Shown: positions 1-11,860, counted from the stretch's first letter. The stretch: 64,000 nt of DNA from Eubacteriales bacterium (GCA_045612185.1 JAZKYO010000030.1:159265-223264), one strand, 5' to 3'. Program-made: numbers and translations. The notes: a model not told the origin generated them from the sequence alone.

Positions 1-1565
1 TCGTATCCCTTTCCGGCTTCATTGGGCTCAAGAACGATCTTAACGTGACCGTACTGACCACTACCACCGGACTGACGCTTATACTTGCACTCATGGTTAA
101 CCTGCTTGCGTACAGTCTCTTTGTATGCAACCTGAGGCTTACCGATGTTTGCCTCTACCTTGAACTCACGAAGAAGTCTGTCAACGATAATTTCAAGGTG
201 AAGCTCACCCATACCTGCGATAATTGTCTGACCTGTTTCCTCGTCGGTGTAGGTTCTGAAGGTGGGGTCTTCCTCTGCAAGCTTTGCAAGAGCGATGCCC
301 ATCTTCTCCTGACCTGCGCGAGTCTTAGGCTCGATAGCTACGCTGATAACGGGTTCAGGGAACTCCATAGACTCAAGTATGATAGGATGCTTTTCGTCGC
401 AAAGAGTGTCTCCTGTTGTAGTATTCTTAACTCCGATAACCGCTGCGATATCACCGCTGTAGCAGCAATCGATATCCGCTCTGTCATTAGCGTGCATCTG
501 AAGGATACGTCCAAAACGCTCTCTCTGACGCTTTACGGAGTTGTAAGCGGTTGTACCTGCGGGAATTACGCCCGAGTATACGCGGAAGAAGCAAAGCTTT
601 CCAACGTAGGGGTCGGTCATAATCTTGAACGCAAGCGCCGAGAAAGGCGCGTTGTCGTCCGCGGGTCTCTCCTCTTCCTCCTCGGTATCGGGGTTTACAC
701 CCTTGATAGCGGGAATGTCAAGAGGATTGGGCATATAATCGATAATAGCGTCAAGAAGCTTCTGAACGCCCTTGTTACGGTAGGATGTACCGCAAACAAC
801 GGGAACGATCTGGTTATCGATTGTAGCCTTACGAAGGGCAGCCTTAAGCTCTTCAACAGTGATTTCCTCACCGCCGCAGTACTTCTCGAAGAGAGCCTCA
901 TCAGTTTCGCAAATAGACTCAACCATTGCGTCGTGATATTCCTGAGCCTTGTCCATCATATCAGCAGGAATGGGCTCAACTCTCATATCCTTTCCTTCGT
1001 CATCATAATATACGTCAGCCTCCATGTTCATAAGGTCGATGATACCTTTGAACAAGCTTTCAGCGCCGATAGGCAACTGAATCGGAACTGCGTTTGCGTG
1101 AAGTCTTTCCTTCATCATATCAACAACGCGATAGAAGTTCGCGCCCGTGATATCCATTTTGTTTACATAGGCCATACGCGGAACTCTGTACTTGTTTGCC
1201 TGTCTCCAGACAGTCTCGGACTGAGGCTCAACTCCGCCCTTAGCGCAAAGTACCGTTACGGAACCGTCGAGTACACGGAGCGAACGCTCAACCTCAACAG
1301 TAAAGTCAACGTGACCGGGAGTATCTATGATGTTGATACGGTTGTTCTTCCAGAAGCAAGTGGTTGCAGCGGAGGTAATTGTAATACCTCTCTCCTGCTC
1401 CTGCTCCATCCAGTCCATCGTAGCGGAACCATCATGAGTTTCTCCGATTTTGTGAGTCTTACCTGTATAGAAAAGAATTCTTTCGGTTGTTGTCGTTTTA
1501 CCGGCATCGATGTGAGCCATGATACCGATATTTCGTGTGTTTTCAAGCGAATATTCTCTTGGCAT
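1..1565 (-). CDS. fusA: Translation elongation factor G, N-terminal ~521 aa (3' end lies beyond the left edge)
   Basis: The ORF track has no entry because the gene runs off the window edge. Reverse-strand translation from the ATG at 1565 gives [63 protein letters not shown]...IIDTPGHVD, which is the EF-G GTPase domain. An AAGGAG RBS lies ~9 nt upstream. The gene follows rpsG as in the str operon. Confidence 0.95.
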   Translation of the reverse strand, partial: MPREYSLENTRNIGIMAHIDAGKTTTTERILFYTGKTHKIGETHDGSATMDWMEQEQERGITITSAATTCFWKNNRINIIDTPGHVDFTVEVERSLRVLDGSVTVLCAKGGVEPQSETVWRQANKYRVPRMAYVNKMDITGANFYRVVDMMKERLHANAVPIQLPIGAESLFKGIIDLMNMEADVYYDDEGKDMRVEPIPADMMDKAQEYHDAMVESICETDEALFEKYCGGEEITVEELKAALRKATIDNQIVPVVCGTSYRNKGVQKLLDAIIDYMPNPLDIPAIKGVNPDTEEEEERPADDNAPFSALAFKIMTDPYVGKLCFFRVYSGVIPAGTTAYNSVKRQRERFGRILQMHANDRADIDCCYSGDIAAVIGVKNTTTGDTLCDEKHPIILESMEFPEPVISVAIEPKTRAGQEKMGIALAKLAEEDPTFRTYTDEETGQTIIAGMGELHLEIIVDRLLREFKVEANIGKPQVAYKETVRKQVNHECKYKRQSGGSGQYGHVKIVLEPNEAGKGY

Positions 1566-1581
1566 ATATCAGGTCTCCTTA

Positions 1582-2052
1582 TTAATATCTGTAATGAGCA
1601 AACGCCTTATTAGCCTCTGCCATTCTGTGTGTTTCTTCCTTCTTCTTGAACGCTCCGCCTGCGCTGTTCTTTGCATCCATGATTTCAGCTGCAAGACGCT
1701 CAGCCATTGTGCGTTCTCCACGAGTTCTGGAATAACTTACAAGCCATCTAAGACCAAGGGTCTGACGGCGCTCAGCTCTTACCTCCATAGGCACCTGGTA
1801 GGTAGAACCACCTACACGGCGAGCCTTAACCTCAAGCTTAGGCATGATGTTTTCAAGAGCTTCCTGGAACATTTCAAGTGCATTCTGTCCAGCCTTCTCT
1901 TCTACGATTTTGAATGCGTCGTAAACGATCTTCTGGGCTACACCCTTCTTGCCATCATACATTACGTTGTTGATAAGCTTTGTTACAAGCTTAGATCCGT
2001 ACAGAGGATCCGGCAATACGTCTCTTTTAGAAATTTTACCTCTTCTCGGCAC
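1582..2052 (-). CDS. rpsG: 30S ribosomal protein S7
   Basis: The ORF-track protein ...[47 protein letters not shown]... is a typical S7. I moved the start to the GTG at 2052 (PRRG N-terminus), which is preceded by AAGGAGGGAAG. The track's ATG at 2070 overlaps that RBS. Confidence 0.93.
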   Translation of the reverse strand: MPRRGKISKRDVLPDPLYGSKLVTKLINNVMYDGKKGVAQKIVYDAFKIVEEKAGQNALEMFQEALENIMPKLEVKARRVGGSTYQVPMEVRAERRQTLGLRWLVSYSRTRGERTMAERLAAEIMDAKNSAGGAFKKKEETHRMAEANKAFAHYRY

Positions 2053-2202
2053 TGTACTTCCCTCCTTCATTAAATTTTATGAATTCATTGGTACTCAAAA
2101 GCAGTCTTCTGTTAGCGCGCGTCAAGGTTGATATATAAACATTAAATTTTCTCAACTTCTGACGGGCAGACTATTTTGCTTTATACCTGTTTTCTCCCTT
2201 GA

Positions 2203-2616
2203 TTATTTCTTGGGAGCTTTTGCGCCGTACTTGGAACGGCTCTGGCTACGATTTGCAACACCCTGTGCATCAAGTGTACCACGGATAATGTGATAACGTA
2301 CACCGGGCAGGTCACGTACTCTTCCTCCGCGGATAAGCACTACAGAGTGTTCCTGCAGGTTATGTCCGATACCGGGAATGTAGGTGGTTGCCTCAAGTCC
2401 ATTTGTAAGTCTTACTCTGGCGATCTTACGAAGAGCCGAGTTAGGCTTTTTGGGGCTGGTTGTAGAAACCTTTGTGCAAACGCCTCTTTTCTGGGGCGCA
2501 GGCTGATCGATAGCTACATTGTTAAGTGTATTGAAGCCTTTCTGAAGCACGGGTGCTTTAGACTTGTACACTTTATCAGTACGGCCCTGTCTTACAAGTT
2601 GGTTAAAGGTTGGCAT
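2203..2616 (-). CDS. rpsL: 30S ribosomal protein S12
   Basis: 137 aa. [12 protein letters not shown]...[19 protein letters not shown]...[28 protein letters not shown] is a canonical S12. A GGAGGAG RBS lies upstream. Confidence 0.97.
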   Translation of the reverse strand: MPTFNQLVRQGRTDKVYKSKAPVLQKGFNTLNNVAIDQPAPQKRGVCTKVSTTSPKKPNSALRKIARVRLTNGLEATTYIPGIGHNLQEHSVVLIRGGRVRDLPGVRYHIIRGTLDAQGVANRSQSRSKYGAKAPKK

Positions 2617-2724
2617 TTTTCTCCTCCTTCTTTCAAAATTTAACGTTTATATACAGACGCACGCCGCAAGGCTTGCGATTCTGTCTGATTATGACTTGCG
2701 ATTTCCCGCAAAAGCATACAGTTT

Positions 2725-2753
2725 ATTATATCACTTGAAAGCCTTTTTGTCAA
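2725..2753 (-). promoter_or_regulatory. Sigma-70-type promoter for rpsL-rpsG-fusA
   Basis: The minus strand reads TTGACA (2753-2748), a 17-nt spacer, then TATAAT (2730-2725), about 110 nt upstream of rpsL. Confidence 0.6.
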
Positions 2754-2880
2754 GAAACATTATTCGAGACTGAAATTTTCTCCCTTTTGCACAAATTAAA
2801 CAACTTCGCACAAGCAAATTTGTTTATTTTGCACTTTGTTTTTGCATATTTTCACACTCAAGTCATCAAACCTTTTACAC

Positions 2881-2918
2881 AAAAATCGACCTTGTCTGCC
2901 GTTTCACGGCAGACAAGG
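2881..2918 (-). terminator. Rho-independent terminator after rpoC
   Basis: 12-bp stem CCTTGTCTGCCG / CGGCAGACAAGG (2890-2901 and 2907-2918) with a 5-nt loop. On the minus strand it is followed by a T-run (complement of 2881-2885). Confidence 0.8.
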
Positions 2919-2934
2919 TAAAAAATCAAGATAT

Positions 2935-5900
2935 TTACTGAGCGTCAGCAGTTTCGGGGGCTTCCTCGTTAGGAACAACACCTACGTCTCTGTAGCACTT
3001 CATACCCGTTCCGGCGGGAATGAGCTTACCGATAATAACGTTCTCCTTAAGACCTATAAGACGGTCAACCTTACACTTGATTGCGGCGTCTGCAAGAACC
3101 TTGGTTGTTTCCTGGAAGGATGCCGCAGAAAGGAAGGATTCGGTTTGAAGAGCAGCCTTGGTAATACCGAGAAGCACAGGAGATCCCTCAGCAAGGCGAA
3201 GCTCACGTTCGCCGTTCTCGATACGAGCCTTGATTCTGCAGTTCTCATCCTCAAGCTCCGTCATGTCAACAATAGAACCTACGAGAAGATCTGTATCACC
3301 GTTATCGTCAACGCGGAAGCGTCTTGTCATCTGACGGGCGATAATTTCAATATGCTTATCGTTAACGTCACAAGACTGAGAACGGTAAACCTTCTGAGTT
3401 TCCTTAATGATATAGTCATAAACCGCATCAAGTCCGCAAATTCTCATAATATCAGCAGGAGCCTTGCTACCTTCGGTAATTCCCTGACCTACCTCAACGC
3501 GGTCGCCGTCTTCGATAGCAACCTTCATTCCGTAGGGGATCGAGTACTTAACAAGCTCACCTGTTTCCTCAGACTGGATAACAACGTCACGAACGTTTAC
3601 GTTTTCACCGATCTGGATATGAGCTATTCCGCTGCATTCAGACATGATAGCAGCCTTCTTAGGCTGTCTTGCCTCGAAAAGCTCTTCAACTCTGGGAAGA
3701 CCCTGAGTAATATCCGAACCTGCGACACCACCCGTATGGAAGGTTCTCATCGTAAGCTGAGTACCGGGCTCACCGATAGACTGTGCGGCTATGATACCAA
3801 CAGCCTCACCAACGTTGACTCTCTTGCCGGAAGCAAGGTCTGCGCCGTAGCAGTGAGCGCACACACCAAAGCGGGAGTGACACTGAATAATCGTTCTGAT
3901 ATAAACCTTATCGATTCCGGCGGCAACGATTGCGTCTGCCTGTTCGTCGGTAATCATTTCGTCATCGTCAACGATAACCTCTCCGGTTTCGGGATGAACG
4001 ATAGCGCCAATTGTATATCTTCCGACAATTCTATCCTGAAGTGTTTCAAGCGGCTTTTCGTCACCATCATTGATAATCGCGGTAATCCATGCGCCCTTAA
4101 CGGTATCACACTTCTCCTCGCGAATAATTACCTCCTGCGATACGTCAACGAGACGGCGGGTAAGGTAACCAGAGTCAGCTGTACGAAGCGCTGTATCCGA
4201 AAGAGACTTACGAGATGCACGCGCACCCATAAAGTACTCGGTAATGTTAAGACCTTCACGGAAGTTAGACTTAATCGGGATTTCCACAGTCTTACCGGTT
4301 GCCGAGAACATGAGTCCACGCATACCCGCAAGCTGTCTCATCTGAGCCATAGAACCACGGGCTCCGGAATCCGCCATTATTCTGATGGGGTTGAATACCG
4401 AGAAGCTATCGTTAAGTGCGGCGGTAACCTGGGCGGTCGTATCCTCCCAAACCTTAACCACGTTGCCGTAACGCTCTTCCTCAGTAAGAACGCCACGCTC
4501 GAAGTAGGTATGAATTGCGTCAACCTTCTTCTCCGCAGCCTTAATATAGCTTTCCTTTGATTCAGGAATAGTCATATCGTATACCGAAATAGAGAAGGAC
4601 GCACGAGTTGAATACTTATAACCCATTTCCTTAATATCGTCAAGCATCTTCGCGCAGACCGCCGATCCATGCTTTTTGATACAATTATCAATGATCTTAC
4701 CAAGCTGTTTCTTCTTGGTAACGAACGCAATTTCAAGATCAAATGCTTTTTCGGGATCGGTTCTGTCAACAAAGCCGAGGTCCTGCGGAAGAGGCTTATT
4801 GAAAATAAGTCTACCAAGTGTAGCATCAATTATCTTGGAACGTACTACGCCGTCAATCTCCTTTTCAACTCTCACCTTAATGGGAGCATGAAGACCGAGC
4901 TGCTTATTCTCGTATGCCATAACAGCCTCGTCGAAGTTACGGAATACTCTGCCTTCGCCGGGCTCGCCGGGCTTATCCATTGTAAGATAGTAAGAACCAA
5001 GGATCATATCCTGGGTAGGAACGGTAACCGCGCGACCATCCATGGGCTTAAGGAGGTTATTAGCAGAAAGCATAAGGAATCTTGCCTCAGCCTGAGCTTC
5101 CGCGGAAAGCGGAACGTGTACGGGCATCTGGTCACCGTCAAAGTCTGCGTTAAACGCGGTACACACAAGGGGGTGAAGTTTGATAGCGCGTCCCTCTACA
5201 AGAACGGGCTCAAACGCCTGAATTGAAAGTCTGTGAAGTGTGGGAGCACGGTTAAGAAGAACGGGGTGTTCCTTTATAACGTTTTCAAGCGCGTCCCAAA
5301 CCTCGGGGTAAAGGTATGCTCTGTCGATCTTCTTCTGGGCATCCTTAACGTTGGTAGCCTTCTGCATTTCTGTAAGGCGTTTTACAACGAAAGGCTTGAA
5401 AAGCTCAAGGGCCATTTCCTTGGGAAGACCGCACTGGTAAATCTTAAGAGTAGGACCAACTACGATAACCGAACGTCCAGAATAGTCAACACGCTTACCG
5501 AGAAGGTTCTGACGGAAGCGTCCCTGCTTACCGCGGAGCATCTCGGAAAGAGACTTAAGCGCACGGTTGGAGGGGCCTGTTACGGGCTTACCTCTGCGTC
5601 CGTTATCAATAAGCGCGTCTACCGCTTCTTGGAGCATACGCTTCTCGTTTCTGATCATAATTTCGGGAGCGTGAATCTCAATAAGCTTCTTAAGACGGTT
5701 ATTTCTGCTGATAACTCTACGGTAAAGCTCGTTAAGGTCAGAAGACGCGAAGCGTCCGCCGTCAAGCTGAACCATGGGGCGGATATCAGGGGGAAGGACG
5801 GGGATAGCGTCAAGCACCATCCACTCAAGCTTATTACCCGATTTTCTGAACGCCTCTACAACCTCAAGACGCTTGATAAGACGAGCCTTTTTCTGGTTCT

Positions 5901-6507
5901 TTGCGGTTTTAAGCTGCTCTTTAAGGTCTTCAGCGAGAGCCTCGATATCTATCTTGGAAAGGAGCTCCTTGATTGCCTCAGCGCCCATTCCAACCTTGAA
6001 ATCGTTCTCGTACTTCTCGTAGTACTTCGAGTACTCGGACTCGCTGAGGACACAACCAACCTCAAGATCGGTAGGTCCGGGATCGAGCACAACGTTTTCA
6101 GCAAAGTAAAGCACCTGCTCAAGCTGCTTGGGAGACATATCAAGCACGTGAGCGATACGGTTGGGCACGCTCTTGAAGTACCAGATATGAGCTACGGGAG
6201 TAGCAAGGTCGATATGACCCATTCTCTCTCTTCTTACTTTTTTAGTTGTTATTTCAACGCCGCACTTTTCACACTTGTGCGGTTTTCCATCTCTGGAAAG
6301 GCTATGGGCGTTTTTGTACTTTCCGCACATACACGCGCCGTCCTTAGTAGGGCCAAAGATCTTTTCGCAGAAAAGACCGCCCACCTCGGCTTTGAGAGTT
6401 CTGTAATTTATTGTCTCGGGCTTGGTAACCTCACCGTAAGACCACTCTCTTACCATGTCCGGAGAAGCCAGACCTATTCTTATTGAATCAAATTCATTAT
6501 TCGCCAT
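2935..6507 (-). CDS. rpoC: DNA-directed RNA polymerase subunit beta'
   Basis: 1190 aa. It has an N-terminal zinc-binding region (CMCGKYK...CEKCG) and the catalytic motif NADFDGDQM. An AAGGAG RBS is present, and the gene lies directly downstream of rpoB. Confidence 0.98.
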   Translation of the reverse strand: MANNEFDSIRIGLASPDMVREWSYGEVTKPETINYRTLKAEVGGLFCEKIFGPTKDGACMCGKYKNAHSLSRDGKPHKCEKCGVEITTKKVRRERMGHIDLATPVAHIWYFKSVPNRIAHVLDMSPKQLEQVLYFAENVVLDPGPTDLEVGCVLSESEYSKYYEKYENDFKVGMGAEAIKELLSKIDIEALAEDLKEQLKTAKNQKKARLIKRLEVVEAFRKSGNKLEWMVLDAIPVLPPDIRPMVQLDGGRFASSDLNELYRRVISRNNRLKKLIEIHAPEIMIRNEKRMLQEAVDALIDNGRRGKPVTGPSNRALKSLSEMLRGKQGRFRQNLLGKRVDYSGRSVIVVGPTLKIYQCGLPKEMALELFKPFVVKRLTEMQKATNVKDAQKKIDRAYLYPEVWDALENVIKEHPVLLNRAPTLHRLSIQAFEPVLVEGRAIKLHPLVCTAFNADFDGDQMPVHVPLSAEAQAEARFLMLSANNLLKPMDGRAVTVPTQDMILGSYYLTMDKPGEPGEGRVFRNFDEAVMAYENKQLGLHAPIKVRVEKEIDGVVRSKIIDATLGRLIFNKPLPQDLGFVDRTDPEKAFDLEIAFVTKKKQLGKIIDNCIKKHGSAVCAKMLDDIKEMGYKYSTRASFSISVYDMTIPESKESYIKAAEKKVDAIHTYFERGVLTEEERYGNVVKVWEDTTAQVTAALNDSFSVFNPIRIMADSGARGSMAQMRQLAGMRGLMFSATGKTVEIPIKSNFREGLNITEYFMGARASRKSLSDTALRTADSGYLTRRLVDVSQEVIIREEKCDTVKGAWITAIINDGDEKPLETLQDRIVGRYTIGAIVHPETGEVIVDDDEMITDEQADAIVAAGIDKVYIRTIIQCHSRFGVCAHCYGADLASGKRVNVGEAVGIIAAQSIGEPGTQLTMRTFHTGGVAGSDITQGLPRVEELFEARQPKKAAIMSECSGIAHIQIGENVNVRDVVIQSEETGELVKYSIPYGMKVAIEDGDRVEVGQGITEGSKAPADIMRICGLDAVYDYIIKETQKVYRSQSCDVNDKHIEIIARQMTRRFRVDDNGDTDLLVGSIVDMTELEDENCRIKARIENGERELRLAEGSPVLLGITKAALQTESFLSAASFQETTKVLADAAIKCKVDRLIGLKENVIIGKLIPAGTGMKCYRDVGVVPNEEAPETADAQ

Positions 6508-6525
6508 GCTGTTTCTCCTTAATTT

Positions 6526-9500
6526 TTATATTTCATCATCGAATGAGTCATCGTCCAAGCCGTTGGGCGCGTAGAACTCATCATCATCGTCATCATCTCC
6601 GTCATCAATCACGTCACCGTTTTCATCGGTTATAATAGACGAGCTTCTCAATTCGTCTGTCTCGACTGCTTTTTCGTCATCGGCAAACAAATCAATATCA
6701 TCATTTCTCTTATATGGAGATACTTCTTCCTCGCTGCAAAGAGTAGAAAGCTGAATTTCCTCGCCGTCCTTATCAAGCACGCGAACGTCAAGCGCAAGCG
6801 CCTGAAGCTCCTTGGTAAGAACCTTGAAGGACTCGGGTACTCCGGGAGTAGGAATGTTCTGTCCCTTGATAATAGCCTCGTAAGCCTTACGTCTACCGTT
6901 AATATCATCCGATTTGACGGTAAGGATTTCCTGAAGAGTATAAGCCGCACCGTATGCCTCGAGAGCCCAAACCTCCATTTCTCCGAAACGCTGACCGCCG
7001 AACTGAGCTTTACCGCCCAAGGGCTGCTGTGTAACAAGAGAGTAAGGACCGTTGGAACGGGCGTGAATCTTATCGTCAACAAGGTGGTGAAGCTTAAGGT
7101 AGTACATAATTCCCACCGTTACGGGGTTATCAAAGGGTTCACCTGTACGGCCGTCGTAAAGAATAGTCTTACCGCTGGGATTCATACCCGCCGCATCAAG
7201 GCACTCCGAAATATCCTTTTCGTTAGCTCCGTCAAACACGGGTGTCATAATCTTCCAGCCGAGCTTCTTAGCGGCGATACCGAGATGCACTTCAAGCACC
7301 TGACCAATATTCATACGTGAAGGAACGCCCAGGGGGTTAAGAACGATATCAAGAGGAGTTCCGTCGGGAAGGAAGGGCATATCTTCGGGAGGAAGAATTC
7401 TCGAAACGACACCCTTATTACCGTGACGGCCCGCCATTTTATCTCCCACAGAAATCTTACGCTTCTGAGCAAGATAAATTCTTACAACTTTATTTACGCC
7501 CGTGGGAAGCTCGTCGCCCTGTTCTCTTGAGAACACCTTAACGTCAACGACGATACCCGACTCACCGTGAGGAACACGGAGAGAAGTATCTCTTACCTCG
7601 CGAGCCTTTTCACCGAAGATTGCGCGAAGAAGTCTTTCCTCGGCGGTAAGCTCGGTTTCTCCCTTGGGAGTGATCTTACCTACAAGAATATCGCCTGCGC
7701 GGACTTCAGTTCCCTTCTTTACGATACCTTCAGCGTTAAGGTCCTTAAGCGCGTCCTCTCCGACGTTGGGAATCTCTCTTGTGATTTCCTCCTGTCCGAG
7801 CTTGGTATCTCTTGCCTCATGTGTATACTCTTCGATATGAAGAGATGTATAAACGTCATCACGCACAAGACGCTCATTAAGAAGAACCGCGTCCTCGTAG
7901 TTATAACCTTCCCAGGTCATAAATCCGATAAGAGCATTCTTACCGAGAGCTATCTCGCCGTTTGCGGTAGCGGGACCGTCAGCGATAACCTGACCTGCCA
8001 CAATCTCCTCTCCCACCTCAACGATGGGTCTCTGATTGAAGCATGTGCCCTGGTTGGTACGCTTAAACTTAATAAGCTCGTAAACGTCCTTCTGACCGTT
8101 CTCGCCAACTATAACTATCTTGTCTGCGTCAACGCGCTCAACGCGTCCCGCGTTCTTAGCCACGATTACAACGCCTGAGTCAACAGCCGCGTTGTACTCC
8201 ATACCCGTACCGACAATGGGAGAATCGGTAACCATAAGCGGAACCGCCTGCTTCTGCATGTTCGCACCCATAAGCGCACGGGAGTTATCGTCGTTTTCAA
8301 GGAAAGGAATCATAGCGGTAGCAACCGAAACCACCATCTTAGGAGAAACATCCATAAAGTCAACGTCAGATGCTTCAACCTCGATAATTTCAGCCTTATC
8401 ACGGACTGTTACACGTCTGTTTACAAAGCGTCCGTTTTCGTCAAGAGGCTCGTTTGCCTGAGCTACGATATAGTTATCCTCTTCATCAGCGGTCATATAA
8501 ACTACTTCGTCAGTTACGGTGCCTGTTGCCTTATCAACTTTTCTGTAAGGTGCTTCGATAAAGCCGTAATCACTGATACGGGCGTAGGTAGTAAGGTAGG
8601 AAATAAGACCGATGTTAGGACCTTCGGGTGTCTCGATGGGACACATTCTACCGTAGTGGGTATAGTGTACGTCACGGACGTCGAAGGATGCGCGGTCACG
8701 GGAAAGACCGCCGGGACCGAGCGCGGAAAGTCTTCTCTTATGCGTAAGCTCCGCAAGGGGGTTGTTCTGGTCCATAAACTGCGAAAGCTGAGAAGAACCG
8801 AAGAACTCACGGATAACCGTAGCAACAGGACGGATATTGATAAGATGCTGGGGGGTGATCTTCTCATTATCCTGAGTGGTCATTCTTTCCTTTATAATCT
8901 TATCCATTCTCGAGAAACCGATTCTGAGCTGATTCTGAAGCTGCTCTCCGACAGAGCGAATTCTACGGTTTCCGAGGTGGTCGATGTCGTCAACGCTTCC
9001 GATATCGTTGACAAGGTTAAACATATAATTAATGGAAGCGAAAATATCGTCTCTGGTTATATGCTTGGGGCAAAGCTCGTTTACGCGGAGCTTGCACATT
9101 TCCTTGATAGCGTCAACGTCGCCACCGCACTCTTCCATAATAGCGAGAAGAACGTTGGTTCTTACCTTTTCGTTGATATCGCAATCCTTAAGGTCAAAGC
9201 CAAGTATAAACTCGGGATATATGGTATTATTGGAGAATACCTTCACGGTCTTATCGTTATCGAGCTTGACGAACACCTCGTTTACGCCCGCGTTTTCGAT
9301 AGCTATGGCATCCTCTTTGCTTATAACCGCGCCTTCCTCAAAGAGAAGCTCACCGGTTATAGGGCTTACAACGTTAGCTGCAAGTCTGCGGTTGGCAATT
9401 CTCTCGGAAATTGCGAGTTTCTTATCAAATTTATAACGTCCGACGGGCGCTATGTCATAACGTCTCTGGTCGAAGAAAAATCCGTTAAGAAGCGAGTGAG

Positions 9501-10329
9501 CGGACTCCACGATAGGAGGCTCACCGGGACGAAGCTTCTTGTATATCTCTTTAAGGGCCTCAACGCCGCAATTTGTGCCGTTATTGAGAGCAAGACCCTC
9601 GGACTCGTCCTTTTCAAAGGTTACCGAAAGAACGTCCTCTTCACCGAAGATGGCGTACACATCGTCCTTTGTCTCTATTGTGGAAACGTAGTCAGCGTTC
9701 TTAATATCGTCACCGACAAGATCCATTCCCAAAGCGCGAATGAGCATAGTTACGGGAACCTTACGGTTCTTGTCTATGCGCACGTACATTACGCCGTTTA
9801 CATCTATTTCATACTCGAGCCATGCTCCGCGGTAAGGTATGATCTGAGCTGTATAAGTCTTTTTACCCGACTTATCGAACTCGGAGGCATAATACATTCC
9901 GGGTGAACGAACAAGCTGAGATACGATTACTCTCTCCGCGCCGTTGATAACGAACGTTCCCGTTTCGGTCATTATGGGAAGCTCGCCCATAAATACGTCC
10001 GCCTGCTTTACCTCACCGGTAAGCTTATTCGTAAGTCTTACGTTGACTTTAAGGGGAGCTGCGTAGTTCGCATCTCTCTCCTTACACTCTTCAACAGAGT
10101 ATTTCGGCTTGGTGTCGATTGAGTATGAGAGAAATTCTATGGAAAGCTTACCCGAAAAGTCAGTTATCGGGGAAACGTCCCTAAGTACCTCGTCAAGACC
10201 TTTCTCGAGGAACCACTTAAACGACTTTGTCTGGATTTCTACCAGATTGGGAAGTTCAAGCGTGTTTTTCATCCTGGAAAAGCTCATTCTCACGTTTTTG
10301 CCAAGCTTTTGCTCTTTTACATTGACCAT
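6526..10329 (-). CDS. rpoB: DNA-directed RNA polymerase subunit beta
   Basis: It contains rifampicin cluster I ([34 protein letters not shown]) and ...[13 protein letters not shown] near the N-terminus. I set the start at the ATG at 10329 ([10 protein letters not shown]...). The track's GTG at 10341 overlaps the GAAGGAG RBS, and the shorter N-terminus matches the length of Bacillus RpoB. The C-terminus carries an acidic tail. Confidence 0.96.
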   Translation of the reverse strand: MVNVKEQKLGKNVRMSFSRMKNTLELPNLVEIQTKSFKWFLEKGLDEVLRDVSPITDFSGKLSIEFLSYSIDTKPKYSVEECKERDANYAAPLKVNVRLTNKLTGEVKQADVFMGELPIMTETGTFVINGAERVIVSQLVRSPGMYYASEFDKSGKKTYTAQIIPYRGAWLEYEIDVNGVMYVRIDKNRKVPVTMLIRALGMDLVGDDIKNADYVSTIETKDDVYAIFGEEDVLSVTFEKDESEGLALNNGTNCGVEALKEIYKKLRPGEPPIVESAHSLLNGFFFDQRRYDIAPVGRYKFDKKLAISERIANRRLAANVVSPITGELLFEEGAVISKEDAIAIENAGVNEVFVKLDNDKTVKVFSNNTIYPEFILGFDLKDCDINEKVRTNVLLAIMEECGGDVDAIKEMCKLRVNELCPKHITRDDIFASINYMFNLVNDIGSVDDIDHLGNRRIRSVGEQLQNQLRIGFSRMDKIIKERMTTQDNEKITPQHLINIRPVATVIREFFGSSQLSQFMDQNNPLAELTHKRRLSALGPGGLSRDRASFDVRDVHYTHYGRMCPIETPEGPNIGLISYLTTYARISDYGFIEAPYRKVDKATGTVTDEVVYMTADEEDNYIVAQANEPLDENGRFVNRRVTVRDKAEIIEVEASDVDFMDVSPKMVVSVATAMIPFLENDDNSRALMGANMQKQAVPLMVTDSPIVGTGMEYNAAVDSGVVIVAKNAGRVERVDADKIVIVGENGQKDVYELIKFKRTNQGTCFNQRPIVEVGEEIVAGQVIADGPATANGEIALGKNALIGFMTWEGYNYEDAVLLNERLVRDDVYTSLHIEEYTHEARDTKLGQEEITREIPNVGEDALKDLNAEGIVKKGTEVRAGDILVGKITPKGETELTAEERLLRAIFGEKAREVRDTSLRVPHGESGIVVDVKVFSREQGDELPTGVNKVVRIYLAQKRKISVGDKMAGRHGNKGVVSRILPPEDMPFLPDGTPLDIVLNPLGVPSRMNIGQVLEVHLGIAAKKLGWKIMTPVFDGANEKDISECLDAAGMNPSGKTILYDGRTGEPFDNPVTVGIMYYLKLHHLVDDKIHARSNGPYSLVTQQPLGGKAQFGGQRFGEMEVWALEAYGAAYTLQEILTVKSDDINGRRKAYEAIIKGQNIPTPGVPESFKVLTKELQALALDVRVLDKDGEEIQLSTLCSEEEVSPYKRNDDIDLFADDEKAVETDELRSSSIITDENGDVIDDGDDDDDDEFYAPNGLDDDSFDDEI

Positions 10330-10482
10330 TAATACATTCACTCCTTCAAAGTAGTATTCTCCGCGTCCGTCAGAGAACCAAAAGGCTACTTTTGCAACTT
10401 ACAAGTTTATGAAGAATCGGTTTTTCTTCCAACTTTTGCCACCTATCGTCGGACATAGATAGCAATTATAATGCAGTTTAAT

Positions 10483-10511
10483 ATTTTAGCATACTTTTCT
10501 ACTTTTGTCAA
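10483..10511 (-). promoter_or_regulatory. Sigma-70-type promoter for rpoBC
   Basis: The minus strand reads TTGACA (10511-10506), a 17-nt spacer ending in TGC, then TAAAAT (10488-10483). This leaves a ~150-nt 5' UTR. Confidence 0.55.
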
Positions 10512-10636
10512 GCATTTTTTGAAACTTTTTACAAAAAAATTTATATAATAAAATATTAATGCAAATTTTCTCAAAATCGGAGTGTATATTCGGGAAAAAT
10601 TTGAAATGAATTTACAAAATGTTTTTTAGTAAATTA

Positions 10637-10666
10637 TTGCCTTTTCAAGGGAATTTATGTTATAAT
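10637..10666 (+). promoter_or_regulatory. Candidate promoter for the tandem lipoprotein genes
   Basis: TTGCCT (10637-10642), an 18-nt spacer, then an extended -10 TGTTATAAT (TATAAT at 10661-10666). Confidence 0.45.
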
Positions 10667-10777
10667 GAGTACAGAGCCAAGCACGTTTTGCGTCAGCACG
10701 GTGAACTTGATGAGTTAATTGATGGAGAATGGATTTTTATAACATACAATGTTTTGAACGAATAATGAGGTAATATT

Positions 10778-11290
10778 ATGAAAAAATTTTTCCCGATTCT
10801 TTTAATATTCGCTTTACTCTTGGCAGGTTGTCAAAACGGTGCTGATGCCGATACCACATCGGGTGAGCAACACGTAGAGACAATTTACGCCCCTGAGCAA
10901 TTTGAATACAAGTCATACTATTGGGGCAAAGAAACGGATGATTTTGGTTTTTGCTTGGATTGGATTCAAGGCAAAATTGAACGCGGAAATGATATACGGG
11001 CTAAGGTTTGGCTGATAAACACCATGGATGAAAAATACACGTGGGTAGGTTCGTCATCCTCATTTCAAGCCTATGTAAAATTAATTTGCTATGAGGAAGA
11101 ATACGTTATTCCTCCACACGAGCAGCCATCTACCGACGACCGTATGTACCACGAAATTCTTCCCAACGAAAGCCGTTCAAGCGGTTATACTTTTACCATT
11201 CCCGCCGATGCCACTGCGGGCAAATACAGTTTGGAATGCGGTTTCCGCGGTTCGGAAGTGGTATTTGAAGACATATTTACGTTGGACTAA
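10778..11290 (+). CDS. Putative lipoprotein, unknown function (paralog 1)
   Basis: 170 aa. It has a signal peptide with a lipobox (LLLAGC). An AGG-type RBS (aataatgaggtaatatt) precedes the ATG. The C-terminus is shared with the next ORF. Confidence 0.65.
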   Translation: MKKFFPILLIFALLLAGCQNGADADTTSGEQHVETIYAPEQFEYKSYYWGKETDDFGFCLDWIQGKIERGNDIRAKVWLINTMDEKYTWVGSSSSFQAYVKLICYEEEYVIPPHEQPSTDDRMYHEILPNESRSSGYTFTIPADATAGKYSLECGFRGSEVVFEDIFTLD

Positions 11291-11291
11291 A
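11246..11291 (+). repeat. 46-nt direct repeat, copy 1 (3' end of lipoprotein paralog 1)
   Basis: cgcggttcggaagtggtatttgaagacatatttacgttggactaaa is identical, base for base, to 11775-11820. Confidence 0.9.
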
Positions 11292-11312
11292 CCGAAATAA
11301 AGGAGTAACGTT

Positions 11313-11819
11313 ATGAAAAAAATCTTTTCGGCACTTTTGATCATTACTTTGCTTTTGGTTAGTTGTCAAAACAGCGAACTCCCTCAAGAAACTAACGACA
11401 CAGATATTTCCACAGACGAATTGGAAACTGCGACATATGAATTTTCTAAACAGAACAGCGGTTTTGGTTTCACCTTTAAAGGGATTGACGGTGAATTCAA
11501 GCGCGGAGAAGTGTTTTTCATCAACATCGAATTAGCAAATCTCAAAGACGAAAATTACGTTTGGTTTGGCAGTTATAGCAGTTTTAGAGCATATGTAAAA
11601 TTGATTTGTACTTCCACCGAGGAAGAATATATCATTCACCCCACTTATGTAAGACTCACAGATGACATGCCACAGTGGCTTGAAATGCCTCCCGGGGGAT
11701 ACCGCACCTCCTCATCAGGCTTCTCAATTGGGGAAGACGCCCCTGCGGGAAAATACAGCATGGTATGCGATTTTCGCGGTTCGGAAGTGGTATTTGAAGA
11801 CATATTTACGTTGGACTAA
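11313..11819 (+). CDS. Putative lipoprotein, unknown function (paralog 2)
   Basis: 168 aa. It has a signal peptide with a lipobox (LLLVSC) and an AAGGAG RBS. It aligns with paralog 1 over the whole mature region (...YVKLIC...GKYS..C.FRGSEVVFEDIFTLD). Confidence 0.65.
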   Translation: MKKIFSALLIITLLLVSCQNSELPQETNDTDISTDELETATYEFSKQNSGFGFTFKGIDGEFKRGEVFFINIELANLKDENYVWFGSYSSFRAYVKLICTSTEEEYIIHPTYVRLTDDMPQWLEMPPGGYRTSSSGFSIGEDAPAGKYSMVCDFRGSEVVFEDIFTLD

Positions 11820-11820
11820 A
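11775..11820 (+). repeat. 46-nt direct repeat, copy 2 (3' end of lipoprotein paralog 2)
   Basis: Identical to 11246-11291. Confidence 0.9.
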
Positions 11821-11860
11821 AATTTTTTTGAAAATTTCAAAAGTTTTTTTCAAAAACCTA

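Noticed and set aside
45-1613. A 522-aa plus-strand ORF covering the left end of the window.
   Set aside because: It is antisense to an unmistakable EF-G gene. Its protein is low-complexity (rich in Leu, Val, Ser and Cys) with no recognisable motif and no RBS. It is a typical shadow ORF opposite a highly expressed gene.
2836-6486. Long plus-strand ORFs (574 aa at 2836-4560, 185 aa at 4669-5226, 417 aa at 5233-6486) and similar ORFs across 6.5-10.3 kb.
   Set aside because: All are antisense to rpoC or rpoB, whose translations are canonical. The antisense products lack motifs and start signals.
8704-8805. I checked rpoB rifampicin-resistance cluster I for resistance substitutions.
   Set aside because: The sequence [34 protein letters not shown] keeps the sensitive-type Asp, His and Ser at the positions equivalent to E. 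coli D516, H526 and S531. Nothing is notable.
10690-10777. A 14-codon mini-ORF (MDFYNIQCFERIMR) with a GGAGA RBS in the lipoprotein leader.
   Set aside because: It is short and AT-rich, has no supporting structure or conservation that I can assess, and is likely to be chance.
11821-11860. An AT-only near-palindrome TTTTGAAAATTTCAAAA downstream of lipoprotein paralog 2. I considered it as a terminator or operator.
   Set aside because: The stem would be all A-T and imperfect. Low-complexity sequence like this forms such repeats by chance, so it is too weak to call.
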